Assembly (NCBI GenBank): GCA_048213135.1
Contig: PS015098.1
Span: forward strand, 123,965 to 175,246
Origin: Reclinomonas americana ATCC 50394
Taxonomy: Eukaryota
DNA length: 51,282 bases
Reading direction: 5' to 3'
A program made the translations under genes and the position numbers. The notes under the pieces are model-generated. The model was not told the DNA's origin, searched no databases, and worked only from the letters and a program-made list of their open reading frames with translations. Positions 23,801-36,756 of this stretch are shown one piece after another. Position 1 is the stretch's first letter, and the number at the start of each line of letters is the position of its first letter.

Positions 23801-25988
23801 CCACGGCTACTGCCGCCGCCGGTCCCTCCTGCTCGACTGCTCCAGTGGTGGAGAGCGACGATGTGGTCTTTCCGCCGCCGGTGCTGCCGGACGAGGTGTC
23901 GTTCCAGTACGTGCCCAGTGACAAGCACATGGTGGGAGAGATTCAAGGCGATCGTCTCCAGCAAATCACCCATGCCGAGCTGGTCTACGAAGGTGTGCTT
24001 CTCGGCTCCTTCTGTTTGACCAAAGGCTGTGCCGCGAAACTCACCCATCGTGTGTGTTGGCAGGCGAGGTGTATCCGGCCACCATTGTCAACTCGCGACA
24101 CACGCTGTCGTTCCGTGTGTCGATTCCGCGTGCCACCTCTGGCCGCTCATCGCAAATCACCATGCGGTTGCTGTCGCCCTTCCACAAATGCGAGGTGCTG
24201 GCTCACATTACGTTCCTGCGGTGCGCACTCATCGCCATTTCCCTCCTCTCGTTTATCCTCCTCTCACGATTTCTGCCCTTTTCTGCAGCGTGCTGCTCCT
24301 GGGTCCCACTGGCTCCGGCAAGACGAGCCTCTGCAAGGCGCTGATGGAGGAGGCGCCGGGGAGAGCGTACTATCAGTCGCAAGACCCCATGGGCAGTGGG
24401 TTCCCGCAAGAGTCGTTTGTCGTACCCGGTCGCATCACGGGTGTGGTGCGCATGAAGTTCCTGGAGATTGTCGATCGAACCGGTCTCGAGCGCTACGGTC
24501 CAGAAGAGGTATGGCACATGTGGGATGCAGACGCATACGTGGTGAGCTGACGACGTAGGAGAACAGGTCGACCAATTCCGTCGCGATTTCATCGACACGG
24601 CCACGCCGCCTGCGCTCGTGCTCTTTGTCACGTCGCCGCTGTCACGCCTGCTGCTCGAGGAACCCGCAGGCTCGTCATCGCAGTCACCGGTAGCGACAGC
24701 GGTCGGTGCTGGCGGCTCTGGCATTGGTGCCTCCTTGTCGGCCGCGTCCTCGATGCCGCCTGCGCCGCCCCAACCGCCACCGCCACCACCACCACCTTCT
24801 TCACTCTCGTCGCCGCCACCGCCGCTCTCGTCCATAGCCGCGGCCTCGTCGGCTGGGTCAGCAATCTCAGCTCAGGCAGTTGCCGGTAGCAGCGGCAGCG
24901 GCGGCGGCGGTGGTGGTGGTGCGTCGTCTTCCGGCTCCGCGACCTCGGTGCGCCTCGCCGTGTGCACTCTGCTGGAGGAAGTCACGCGCCGCGGTCTGCC
25001 GCTGCTCTACGTCATGTCGAATTGCTTTAGTGTCGACCCGAGTGAGCTCGTCAAGATCAAGGACGTGTACCAGCAGAGGCTGGGCGTGGAGCCGCGGCAG
25101 TGGATCGATGTCAACTCCAAGCCGATTCACCGCTTCCCGGTGACGATGAACAATCTGATTGAGCAAATGGTGGCGCGTATTCGGCACGATTTGCGAGGTC
25201 CGCTGTTGGAGTCGCTGCCGTCGCGATGGGTGACGGAGGTGAAAGGTGAGGGGAAGGGAAAGGAGTATGAGGTGGATAGGAGGGGTTTGATTTGTTGGCT
25301 GTGTGTCTCTTCATGCATGTCTGTCTGTCAGTGTTTCACTGTGTCTCTCTCTTTGTGGCTGTGTCTCTGTCTCTAATGTTAATCTCTGGCTCTCTCGAGG
25401 TGAACGTCCGTGCGTCTCTGTCTTTCTTCTCCTCTGTCGCTAAGTGTGCCTCGCTCTCTGTGCTTTCCCTCGCTGTCCATTTTCCCCTCTCTCTCGTAAC
25501 CTCTTTCAGTGTCTGTGTGAGTGAGAGAGTTAGAATAAGGAGAACTAAGAACGAGAGAGACGATCAGCAACGCAGTCAAGGCAGGAGTGAGATCGGCCAT
25601 CAGCAGTCGAAAGTGAAATTAGCAGTGCACACCAGGAAAAGGCGGACGAGGCAACATTGCATGTGAGAAACGAACGACAGGCAGACGGACAGACGTGCAC
25701 AAAGGAGTCGTATAGAGAGCAGTGCAAGAGACCGAGACAGCGCACAAGCTGTCTTTCAGACTTGACTGGATAGCTCTTTCTTTCTTTCTCCTTCGACCTC
25801 TTTCTGTCTCGCTCGCTGTGCTTTTTTGAAGGTCTTCTCTTCCCTTTCTCTCCCCTATCTGTGTCCTTCCGCTCACCACCCTCCCCACAGGTTGGCTGCA
25901 ATCGCTCGACTGGGTATTCGTCGGCAAGGTGGCAGCGGTGGCTGGTATCGGCCTGGGCGCGCTAAAGTACGTCTTGGGCAAGAGGTAA
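20825..25988 (+). CDS. Class 3 lipase fused to a P-loop GTPase-like domain, with an N-myristoylation motif and a C-terminal TM anchor
   Basis: Exons 20825-20837, 20902-21458, 22333-22797, 23467-23992, 24064-24220, 24289-24508, 24567-25245, 25891-25988. Start MGNAAST. Lipase motifs FKGT, VHEGY, CGHSLGG, TFGAP, DWIP and WH..Y. GTPase motifs GPTGSGKT (G1) and DRTG (G3). Tail WVFVGKVAAVAGIGLGALKYVLGKR*. Confidence 0.85.
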
Positions 25989-26039
25989 CAGCGACGGAGG
26001 AGGTTACACACAAAGCAAAACAATTGTCTATTAAAATCA

Positions 26040-27192
26040 TCATTGTTGAGGTCCCACACGCGACATGGCCCGCAAGAACTGTTTCCTGGTGCGAATGGCT
26101 TCGCGGGCCAGCAGAATGTCGAGCTCGAGTTCCAACTTGCGCCGAGAGCGCGGTGATAGGGAGTCGGGTACCGCTGTGTGATGGAGGGAAAGAAAAGGCG
26201 TAAGCGATTGGTGTTCGCACTCGGAACAGGTCGCAAAGAAAAGAGAGGCTGTGAGAATGAGCGGAGGCCAGTGGGGAGCAGCGAAAGCAACGGAGACAGA
26301 AGAGAGAGAGGGAGAGAGAGGGAGAGAGAGGGAGAGAGAGATAGGGGAGACTGTGAGAAAGAACGGAGGCCAGTGCGGGGCAGCGAAGGCGAAGGAACCA
26401 GAAGAGAGGGAGTGAGAGAGAGGGAGAGATAGAGAGAAGAGAGAAAGAGGAGAGACTGAGAAAGAACGGAGGCCAGTGAAAGGGAGAGAGAGAGAGAGAA
26501 GAGAAGAGAGAGAGAGAGAAGAGAGAGACAGGAGAGACTGCGAGAAAGAACAGTGGCAAGCGAAAGCGAAGAAGGAGAGGGAGAGAACTCGTCTCACCTG
26601 TGGACCTCTCGCGCAACCAATCCGTCAGCTGCACGCTCTCCCTCAGCGAACCACTCTGTGTCAGCAACGGCCGTCCCACTCGCCCACCAGCCGCAGTGGG
26701 AGGTCTCGGTGGCGACGGAGACAACACCAAGCTCGCTCGCGACCTCGGAGGCGACACGCGATCCAACTCGTACGATGCCGGCGATGCAGGTCTGACCAGT
26801 GGAGGCGGCTCTTGCTGTGACACTGCCTGTGCATCATCATCCATCGAGTCCTCTGCGACTGGCCACCGATCACTGCTCGTCTGCACAGCTGTCGACGCGC
26901 GCAGCGGAGTCATGGACGACTCGGTCCACATTGGCTTTTGTGTTTGGCGCAAAGTGGCCAGCGTGAGCTTGCGCGGGAGAGGCACCACTGCGCCGGGTGA
27001 GCGGAAGGCACCCTCGATCTCGCGACAGATCGCTCCGTAGTCCTCCAACGCCTGTCGCATGCGAGCGCGTACTCGGTGCCCGCGGAATACTCTCTGCACG
27101 CAAGTGAGGAAGTCATTGAGAGTGTGTGTGAGAGCGTGTAAGAAAGTGGGACGCACTTGAATGACAGTGGCTGCGCGACGCCTTCTCTCCAT
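26040..27192 (-). CDS. IQCC: IQ-motif protein, IQCC-like
   Basis: N-terminal IQ motif AATVIQ|RVFRGHRVR followed by EDYGAICREIEG, and last exon LELDILLAREAIRTRKQFL. These match the two conserved blocks of IQCC (Y.AI.RE.EG and EL...AI.SRK.YL). Three exons. Confidence 0.7.
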
Positions 27193-27405
27193 CAATCACA
27201 ATCTCGTAACGACTAGTTTTTTTCGAGGCAAATGCGGAGAAAAGTCATGCGATCGGACCAAGCACACTCTACCAGTGTGTGTGTGTGTGTCGCTGACAAT
27301 GGAAGGACGCTCGCAAAGCCCCAGAGAGAAAGCAGAGTGCATTCAAACAACTTTGTTCATTTTGCAGTCCTCTCTTTGTCTCTTCTCCAGTCTCTCTCTC
27401 CACTG

Positions 27406-28014
27406 TCAGTGGGAGCTGCCGAGCAACACAAACGGCGTGAACTGGCAGCGATTTCCGTACCAGTAGCCGCAGCAGTTACCGTTGCCCACGTTGGTGCTGG
27501 TGCCTGGGCAGGGTGCGGTGCCGGCGGCCACCTCTGCGTAGGTCGCACAATTGTAGTGGCACGTGCAGCTGTCGAACTCGTTGCAGTTGCCGTGTGAGCC
27601 GCAGGCGGTGGCGGACTTGTCGTCGGTGCACACACCCACGGGCCACTTGTCGGGGAAGGGCGAGATGTCGCAGTTGGGGCCGGAGAGGAAGCCGCAGCAG
27701 TTGCCTGCGAGAGGGGAGGTTAGATTCGCATCAACGGTGACAGAAAGGGAGAGGGAGACAGAGACAGGACGAGAGAGAGAGAGAGGAGGGGGGGGGACGC
27801 ATGCACAGAGCACAGTGCAGAACGACCAGCGAGTGGAGAGAGGGAGAGAGAGAGAGAGCGCGCGCGCACCATTGCCAACGGTCACGGTGCCTGGTGGGCA
27901 GGGGGCGCCAACGGCGTACGTCTTGCAGTTGCGCTCACAGGCAAGTGCAAGTGGGGCCATGGCAGTGATCGCGATCACGACGAGGAGGGCGAGGCGCACA
28001 GCGGACGACGTCAT
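27406..28014 (-). CDS. Small secreted cysteine-rich protein with two internal repeats and an EGF-like linker
   Basis: Signal peptide MTSSAVRLALLVVIAITAMAPLALA. Intron 27869-27705. Sixteen Cys in the mature part. The repeat C..NC.TYA..PCP..T..VGNGNCCG...G..C...PF occurs twice. Confidence 0.85.
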   Translation of the reverse strand: MTSSAVRLALLVVIAITAMAPLALACERNCKTYAVGAPCPPGTVTVGNGARALSLSLPLSTRWSFCTVLCACVPPPPLSLSRPVSVSLSLSVTVDANLTSPLAGNCCGFLSGPNCDISPFPDKWPVGVCTDDKSATACGSHGNCNEFDSCTCHYNCATYAEVAAGTAPCPGTSTNVGNGNCCGYWYGNRCQFTPFVLLGSSH

Positions 28015-28843
28015 TCTTCTTTGGCTCCCAAAAACGATGGAAAAACGAGTTGATTGAATTGTGCGCATCTTTTCATTTTGTTCGACCTCGCTCTGTGTTT
28101 CTCCGGATCCGCAGATGCGGACCGTGGGAAGGGGAGTGGATGCGAATACTCGAATATGTGCGGTGACCACAGGTGAGTGTGCAGAACTGCAACCAGCTGC
28201 AGTGAATGAATTCGAAGGTGGTGCGAGCAATCGCGCGCGCTCGACTCGAAGATCATCAAGGCCAACGACGGCAGCCACTTCTCGAGCCTCATGAGTACGT
28301 AACCTATGGCTAGAAGTCTAGGGGCCAAGGAGCTCGTTGGCCGCTTCGGCGAGCGTTCATGAACCAAGCATGTTTGAATTCGATCGCGAATTCCGGATCC
28401 TGATCATGACGCGACTCACTGCGAGAGCCCAATTGCAAAGCACTAGCAACAGGAGGACAAATTCACCACGTCGCTGAGCCAGCGGAGCTTGAGCCGTGGT
28501 TTCTCCCAGCAACGCCCCATATGCATGAGCCATCGATATCTCGTGCTCGACTTTTCTGCACCGCTGCGTTGCCGCGATGTATCTGTTTCTGGTTCTCACT
28601 CAAGATGGTGATCATCATGCAGCTGTGTTGCTGTTTGGATTGTAAAGTTGTTGTTGTTGTTCTGTGTGCCACGAAAATCGGAGCGACTTCGCAATATCAA
28701 CATCACCACAATCTCGCCGACCTGTCGCGCTCTATCGCTAGCCAGTGCAGCCTTGTCTCATCCCAAGTGTTATACACGCGACTCGGACATTGCAAACCCC
28801 TTCCCATCAAAGTGCGTCCCACATGACAAAAGAACAATCAATC

Positions 28844-31800
28844 ATGCGGCGCCGGTTCGCCGAGACCGCTCTCCCACACGAGGGCGGCACCACTTCAACC
28901 ACAACGACCACGACTGCAACCAGCGCAGCCTCGGCGCTGTTCATGGTGCAAGAGGAGCTGCTGCGCTCGCGTGGACATGGCACCAAGTACTCCACTTCCG
29001 CCACCTCCTCGCCTCCGTCAACGGCAACAGCGACAACGGCTGTGCGTGTGGTGCTCGCTGCCTTGTTCGTCGCCAGCTCCATGTTGAGTTGGACGTGTGT
29101 GAGCGAGTGTGAGAGAGTGGGAGAGACTGAAGTGGGGGGAAAAACGCGCGAATCTCTGCATATCGATGCTTTGTGTATGCCGACTGATACTCGCTGCTGT
29201 GTGTGCACGTGCATGTCTCTCTATGTGTGCGTGTCTCTCTCTCCCACACAGTGTGCATACGTGTGCATGCGCATTTCCGATGCATTCCCGCTGTTGTCAT
29301 TTGTCTGTCTACGCACTCTCACTCGCTCTTGCACACTCACGCACTCTTAGCACACACTGTGTCAAAGCGAGCTGCATACAGTGAGTGAGAAGCGCAATGC
29401 TTCGACTGATAAGATTACATAAGGCGACTTCAGCAACCTTCAGACACACTGGCCTCTCTCACTCACTGACTCTCTCGCTCCAACATTCACACACTGTGGC
29501 GTAGTGAGCTGCACATGATGAGGGAAGAGAGCAACAACTTGACAGAAGGGATTACAGAAGGCGACTGGAGCAATCTGCAGGTGTTTTCTCTCTCGCACTC
29601 TCTCTTTCACTCTCACACTCTCTCACTCTCCCACTATCATGCACACGCTGTACAAAGTGAGCTGCATACCGCGCGAGAGAAGGACTTGATGGAGGGGATT
29701 ACAGAATACAACTGAACGCGCGCCCAAACTTGGACTCTCTCTTCTCTCTGCTTCCTTCCCTCGTCTCTTTCCGTCTCTTTCCGTCTCTTTCCGTCTCTTT
29801 CCCACTCTCTCTCTCGATCACTCTCTGACCTTCTTGCGTGTGTACAGAATTGGACTCTTCATGGTCGACGTGCATGTGTTGGCGACATACGGCGATGTTT
29901 CGGCCATGGACACGTACTTGATGTGGCTCGGCAGTGTACAATACGACCACGTGCTAGCGGCGCAGCTATTAGGGCCGTCGGTGTCGCCGTTGGAGTTGGA
30001 ATCGACGTTGCAAGTTGAGTTTCAATGTGTGATCACTCGCCGGCTTTCTCGCTCGTTCTTGTCTCGCCCTCGCGCTCTCTCTCTCTCTCACTTACACGCT
30101 CACCCTCCCACGCTCTCTCACTCACTCGCTGTCGCTCTTGTTGCTGAGCTTCGCGTTGTAGTCGCTGACTCTTCTATTCCTCCCTTGTCTCTCATTCTGA
30201 GGGTTGCTCACCTTGACTTATCCTGGCTCACCCTCAATCGCACGCACTCACTCATGCTCACTCTTGTTGATGGGCGTTCGCTTTGCCGTCGCTCATTCTC
30301 TTGCCCATCATCGTTTGTCTTCTCCTTGGTGTGAATGCTTGTGCTTCGTCTCACGTCACCCTTGCATGTGATTCTGGTCCCTTTTCAGCAAGGCTCGCCT
30401 CAGTTGCACACGCGCTCTCTCTTGCTCACTCTCCAGCTTGTCCACACTCGCCTTCCGCTCACTCCTCTCGCTTCACACTCAGCCACATTTATTACTTAGC
30501 TTTTCTCACCTTCCCTCCATCTTCCCTCCCTTCTCCTTCTCCTCCCCTTCTCCTTCTCCTTCCCCTCCTGCCTCGCAGGCATTAAAAGCCCGGGCAAGTC
30601 GCACCTCTGGCAGCGAAGACGAACGCTGCAACGCCATGATGAAGCTGGCCAGGTTGCACGACGAATTGCTGCAGGATTGGCCCGTCGCGCAGCACTTGTA
30701 CAATACGGCGGCGGCGGAGTCGAAGCGATGGCGTGTCGATGCGTGGTATCATTTGGGTCGCCATTTTCGACGCGCTGGTACGTGATCACCGTCCATGTCT
30801 CTTTGCCTTCTCCCCTCACACTCCTCCTCCTCCTCCTCGCAGGCGACATCAAACAAGGCCTCCGGTACCTCTCCCAGGCGGTGGCACTGGAGGCTTCGGA
30901 GACCAACGCTGCGCCGTCGCCGCTCCCGCTCACCTCGGCCAGCCCTTTAGATCCCTCCTCCGAGTTCACCATTGGCATTGGCACGCGGGGTGCCTCGTCG
31001 CACGCCGCGCCCAACAGCACTCCGCTCTACCCGCTGCTGGATCGCTGCATCCTGCACCTGGAGTACCTCACCAACGCCGTGCTCGCGCTGGAGCCGTCGT
31101 CTCCTGAGTGGGTCAATGCGGTCAAGCGCAGTTTGGCGCAGGTGTGTGTGGGCGGGGGAGGGTGAAGAGAAGGAGTGTGGCAGAGAGAGTGAAAGAAAGA
31201 GAGTGAGGCAGAGAGAAGCAGACATATAGTCACGCCCAGAGAGGAGAAAGAAACAGATTCAAAGACACTCTTTCTGCTCTCTCAGTGTGTCTATGAATCT
31301 GCCTCTCTGCCTCTCTCTTTCTCTCTCTCTCCCTCTCTCTCNNNNNNNNNNNNNNNNNNNNNNNNNNNNNNNNNNNNNNNNNNNNNNNNNNNNNNNNNNN
31401 NNNNNNNNNNNNNNNNNNNNNNNNNNNNNNNNNNNNNNNNNNNNNNNNNNNNNNNNNNNNNNNNNNNNNNNNNNNNNNNNNNNNNNNNNNNNNNNNNNNN
31501 NNNNNNNNNNNNNNNNNNNNNNNNNNNNNNNNNNNNNNNNNNNNNNNNNNNNNNNNNNNNNNNNNNNNNNNNNNNNNNNNNNNNNNNNNNNNNNNNNNNN
31601 NNNNNNNNNNNNNNNNNNNNNNNNNNNNNNNNNNNNNNNNNNNNNNNNNNNNNNNNNNNNNNNNNNNNNNNNNNNNNNNNNNNNNNNNNNNNNNNNNNNN
31701 NNNNNNNNNNNNNNNNNNNNNNNNNNNNNNNNNNNNNNNNNNNNNNNNNNNNNNNNNNNNNNNNNNNNNNNNNNNNNNNNNNNNNNNNNNNNNNNNNNNN

Positions 31801-31884
31801 NNNNNNNNNNNNNNNNNNNNNNNNNNNNNNNNNNNNNNNNNNNNNNNNNNNNNNNNNNNNNNNNNNNNNNNNNNNNNNNTCGTC

Positions 31885-31972
<88 letters not shown>

Positions 31973-32447
31973 TCCCCTCTCTTCTCCCTGTCCTGTTTCC
32001 TTCCTTACGCGCACCTTTACTCTTAGTCTTGGAGATACGTGAGCGCTGTCGCGTCCTCACCTCCTTCCCCCCTCTCCCTCCTCATTCTCACTGCGCCCTC
32101 CACGCAGCGCCCTGTCGCCCTTCCAAGTCTGGGAATACTGGTCGACAGCCGTGACTCGCATGCACGGCTTCTGCGGCCATATGTCACTGCCACCACCCAA
32201 CAGTAGCACCACTACTACTACTACTACCACCACCGGCTTGCCGTCTTCATCGTCTGCGGCGCCCTCGGCATTCTCGACAACTTCGACTTCGGCATCATCG
32301 TCGACAACAACCACAACAACACCTGGCGCAGCAAGCGCAGCACCAGCATCCTCAGCACAGTCTACAGATACTCAGAAGCCCGCGTCCTCATCATCGTCGT
32401 CAGAGAGCAAGGAGAAGAAGAAGAAGAAGAAACGGGTTGGAAAATAA
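28844..32447 (+). CDS. Putative membrane-anchored TPR-like helical-repeat protein with Ser/Thr-rich, lysine-ended tail
   Basis: Exons 28844-~29094 (hydrophobic VRVVLAALFVASSMLSW), 29848-30013, 30579-30777 (DAWYHLGRHFRR), 30843-31141 (GDIKQGLRYLSQAVALE), gap, then 32108-32447 ending EKKKKKKRVGK*. Confidence 0.6.
29365..29715 (+). repeat. Three degenerate ~135-150 bp tandem units in intron 1 of the TPR gene
   Basis: GAGCTGCA.A...GATTACA.AA(GGCGACT) occurs at about 29369, 29506 and 29659. Confidence 0.7.
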
Positions 32448-32605
32448 TGAAAAGAAGGAAGTCCCTCCGTCCTTCTCGTGTCCACACAACGAGGAAGGTG
32501 TCATGATGATGCAGGTGAGCAGTGCATGAGTGAGAGAAGGCTGTGTGAGCGAGAGGCATTCGGAGCAACGCGCTCAAGCTTCTCTCAGTCTCTCAGTCTC
32601 ACACT

Positions 32606-32720
<115 letters not shown>

Positions 32721-33138
32721 NNNNNNNNNNNNNNNNNNNNNNNNNNNNNNNNNNNNCAGCGTGAGAGCAGAGAGACGTGATACTTGCAAGTTGGGTGTCT
32801 GTCACACTCACGAACACGTACACTGAGAGGCGAGCGTACTGCACGCATACACACATACTCGCACATACGCACGCACACATACACTCAGGCACACTCACAG
32901 AGAGAGAATGAGACAGAGTGAGAGGCACACAACAAACAGAACGGGCTGGAAGGGAAGAGAAGAAGAGAGTGCTGCAGGCCGCGTACACACACACACAGGC
33001 GGGCACACTGAGGGACGAGCATGTTGCACGCGTGTATGCACGAAAGCATAGATTCAAGCGCACTGCACTCTTTGCAGAAGCAGCGCAACTTCCGACTCTT
33101 GAGCGTGTGTGAGCTCACTCATTGTTCTGTACACGCAG

Positions 33139-36100
33139 TGTCGTGGGGAGGCGACAATCTGCGCAACATGCCCGACAAGGAGCACTTGCCGGAGGTGCTG
33201 CCGATTGTGCAAAAGTCCACCGTCTTCAAGGTTTGTGCTAGCAGTGTCGCGAGATCTTCAGCAGAACGCAATTGGCTGACTGTGTGATGATCAGTACCGG
33301 TACGCGTGGAACACGTGCACCTTTGGCTACAGCTCCGTCTTCTGGTCGTGGAATCGGTGGGAGCGCGAGATCGACTGGATGGCCCTGCACGGTTCCGCTC
33401 GATTGCGTTGCCGTGCTGTTGTTGTTTCGCGTTTATGCTCACCGCCTTGTCGCAGGCATCAATTTCCCGCTGGCCCTGATCGGTCAGGAGTACGTGTGGC
33501 TGCAGGTTCGCTGACGCGCTGCTCCTTCGTGTCAACTGGCTGGTGTGTTTCTCACCTGTTGTGACACAAGGTGTGGGAGTCCCTCGGCCTCAACGCCACG
33601 GATGTTGTCTCCGAGTTTTACAGTGGCCCTGCATTCCTTCCATGGTTCGTGGAGGGGTTGATCGGGTTGCATGAGCGTTGTATGCACTCATTTGGCTCGC
33701 AGGCATCGCATGGGCAATCTGAACGGCTGGATGTCGCCGCTCACCGACAACTGGCTCACCGGTCAGCGTGATCTGCAGCTGAAGATCCTGCAGCGCTTCC
33801 GTGCGTTCGGCATGAAGCCGATCCTCGGCGGCTTTGCCGGTCACGTGCCGAAGAGTCTGTCGCTGAAGTACCCGCAAGCGAACATCACGCAGGTAACAGC
33901 AGGCTTCTGGAGTAATAGACGCATTCTATCTTTCCGCTGCCTTTGCCACTTTCGTGCCTTCCTCTCTTTCACTCACTCTGTGTGTACTGTAATCAGCTCC
34001 TCACTCTTGTTTTGCCATTCATCGAGTATCGTCTTCTGTCATCCATGATCGTCAATCTCTCCTGCATCTCTCTTCCTGCATATCTCTCACTCTGTCTCAC
34101 TCTCCTTCTCTGCATTCCTCTCACTCTTGTGACATCATCTTCTCCGCGTGTCTTCCTCTGCCCTCTCTCAGTCTCAGGCTCCTTCTGCCTCTCTCTCGCA
34201 CATCTGAGCATCTATTTCACTCTCTCCTCTCCTTTCTCCAATCAGCAGCTTCCTCTCCACGTGGTCTTCACTCGCTCTCTGCCTTCTCTCACACTCAGGT
34301 CTTTCTCAGCATATTGGCTTTGGCGCGTGATCTTCACTTTCTTGAACTCCTTGGTTTTGCTCTGCTGCTTCCTCTCCCGTCTCCCTTCTTCTCTCTTCTT
34401 CTCTTCTTCCTGTCCCCTCTCCCCTCCCTTCTCCTTCTCCCTTCTCATCCTCCCTTCCCCTTCCCTCCTCTCACGCAGCTGGCGGAATGGGCCGACTTTG
34501 AGGGCACCTACTTCCTCAGCCCCACCGATCCGCTCTTCCAGACCATTGGGCGCACATTCATTGCCAAGCAGACTGAGATCTTTGGCACCGATCACTATTA
34601 CTCGGCCGATCCCTTCAATGAGGTGCGTAGAGGATGAAAGAGAGATGCGGGGTACATGCTTTTTCTCATCGCCTCCTCAACAGCTGGAGCCAAGCAGCAA
34701 CGACCCGACGTACTTGCGCAACGTGGGCAGCTCGATCTACAACGCCATGGCGTCGTCGGATCCACAGGCCGTGTGGGTGATGCAGGCGTGGTACGTGGGG
34801 GGAGGCACTTGACCGATCATCCCTCCCGACTGCCGCTCACTTGCACCGTGACGCACAGGTTCCTGGAAAATGAGGCCGACTGGTGGCAGCCGCCGCAAGC
34901 AGAGGCGATTTTGACGAGCGTGGTGCGTTGCTCCTCCCTTCTCTCTCTCTCCCCCTCGCCGCCTTCAGATTCTTCTTCTTCTCATGCGCTCCTCCCGCAG
35001 CCTGGCGACAAGCTGCTCATGCTCGATCTGTGGTCCGAGGTGGCTCCAGTGTACACGACCACGAAGAATTTCTACGGCAAGCCGTTCATTTGGAACATGC
35101 TGCACAAGTTGCGCCATCGCACTCGCATCACTCCCTCTCCTCACCACTGATCTCAACGCACTCGACAGCTTTGGCGGCCGCTCCGGACTGTATGGACGCA
35201 TGAACCAAGTCAATGTTGGTCCCGCCACCGCCATTGGCACGCAAGAGAGTAATGTCGTTGGTATTGGCATGACACCGGAGGCGATTGAGACGAATCCGGT
35301 GCGTCGTATCCGATCTTTTCCGTGCCCGCTTGTTGTTGCTCATCATCTTCGGCAGGTCATGTACTCACTGCTCACCGATCACATCTGGCACTGGCGACCG
35401 TTCGATCTGGAGGACTGGGTCACCAAGTACCCGCTGCGTCGCTACGGCATCAACGACCTCAACCTGCAACTGGCCTGGCGCCTGCTGGCATCGTCGGCCT
35501 ACGATTGCCCCACTGGGCAGCAGGGCACGACGGACTCTATCGGTGCGCTGCTGGTCATTTTCCACTGCTGCTGCGAGGCTTCTCTCGTCCCTCACTCGAT
35601 GTTCACAGTCGCCTTCCGACCCTCCATCTCCATCACCGGCGCGACTCTTTACTACGACACATCGCTGGTCAGCGACGCCGCGCAGTTGTTGGTCGCTGCT
35701 CGTTCGCAGCTGGCCGGTCTGCCGACTTACGAGTTTGATGTGGTTTCGTGTGCGAGTCCGCCAGCCTCCGCTCGTCGCCTCGTACTCATGTCTCTTTCTC
35801 TGCGCAGGTTTCCGTCGGCGTTCAAGTGCTAAAGTGCGTTGACCAGCTCGATTATCCCTCACTCTGTTGTTGTTGGTCTCATTCACCTCTCCCCACGTAT
35901 CGCAGCAACCAGGCAGTCGTCGAATACCAGAACATGGTCAAGGCCGTCAACGCTGGCGACGGCAATCAGTTCTCGGTGGCCGCCGCCGAATTCCTCTCTC
36001 TTGTCGACGACATTGAATCGGTGCTGGCGAGCAACAGCTTCTTCTCACTCGACAACTGGTTTCGTCATCTTGCTCCCTCTCTCTCTTCTCTTACGTGCTC

Positions 36101-36596
36101 GTGCGTCAGTCCTCATTCCTTTTCGTCGCCACTTGTAGGTTGCTGAGTGCACGTCAGTGGGCCACAAACGCTGCTGAGCGTGTGCAGTACGAGCTGAACG
36201 CCCGCACGCAGCTGACGTTGTGGGGACCGTCGGACTCACCGCTGCACGACTACGCCTACAAGCTGTGGTCCGGTCTCGTCAGCGTTGCGTCACATGCTTG
36301 CACAACGTGGCAGCAGCTGTTGTTGTTTTTATTTGCTGACTGCCCGATGACAGACCTTTTATCGCCCGCGATGGGCGCTGTTCATCAGTCGCATGCAGCA
36401 AGCTCTGGATTCGCGCCAGCCGTTCGACGACAAGGCATTCACGCGCGACGTCGAGGCCCTCGAGTTGGCATGGACGAAGCGATTGAGTGCCAACGAGATG
36501 CCGCGCGTTGTCGATAACGCGAGTGAGGACAGCTTGTCGTCGCGCAAGTCGGCTGCCGATGTGCTGCACAAGATTTTCACCGCCCGCTCTCTGTAG
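33139..36596 (+). CDS. NAGLU: Alpha-N-acetylglucosaminidase (GH89), 5'-partial, 16 visible exons
   Basis: [124 protein letters not shown]. Confidence 0.96.
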
Positions 36597-36756
36597 TGTG
36601 CGTGTTGCGCGTGGGGGGAGAGTGAAGCGCGCGTCTCGATCATACATTCATGTCTTTTGAGGGCAAACACTCGAAAAGCAACGCGGAAAAAACAAAAGGC
36701 ATCACCAACAGCAACAACAACAAAACACATTCAGGAAACAGCAGACACGCGCGCGC

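Noticed and set aside
29505-29580. Repeat unit flanked by TAG and GT that looks like a cassette exon (ELHMMREESNNLTEGITEGDWSNLQ)
   Set aside because: It enters in phase 2 and exits in phase 0, so it would frameshift the host gene. The sibling copies are degenerate.
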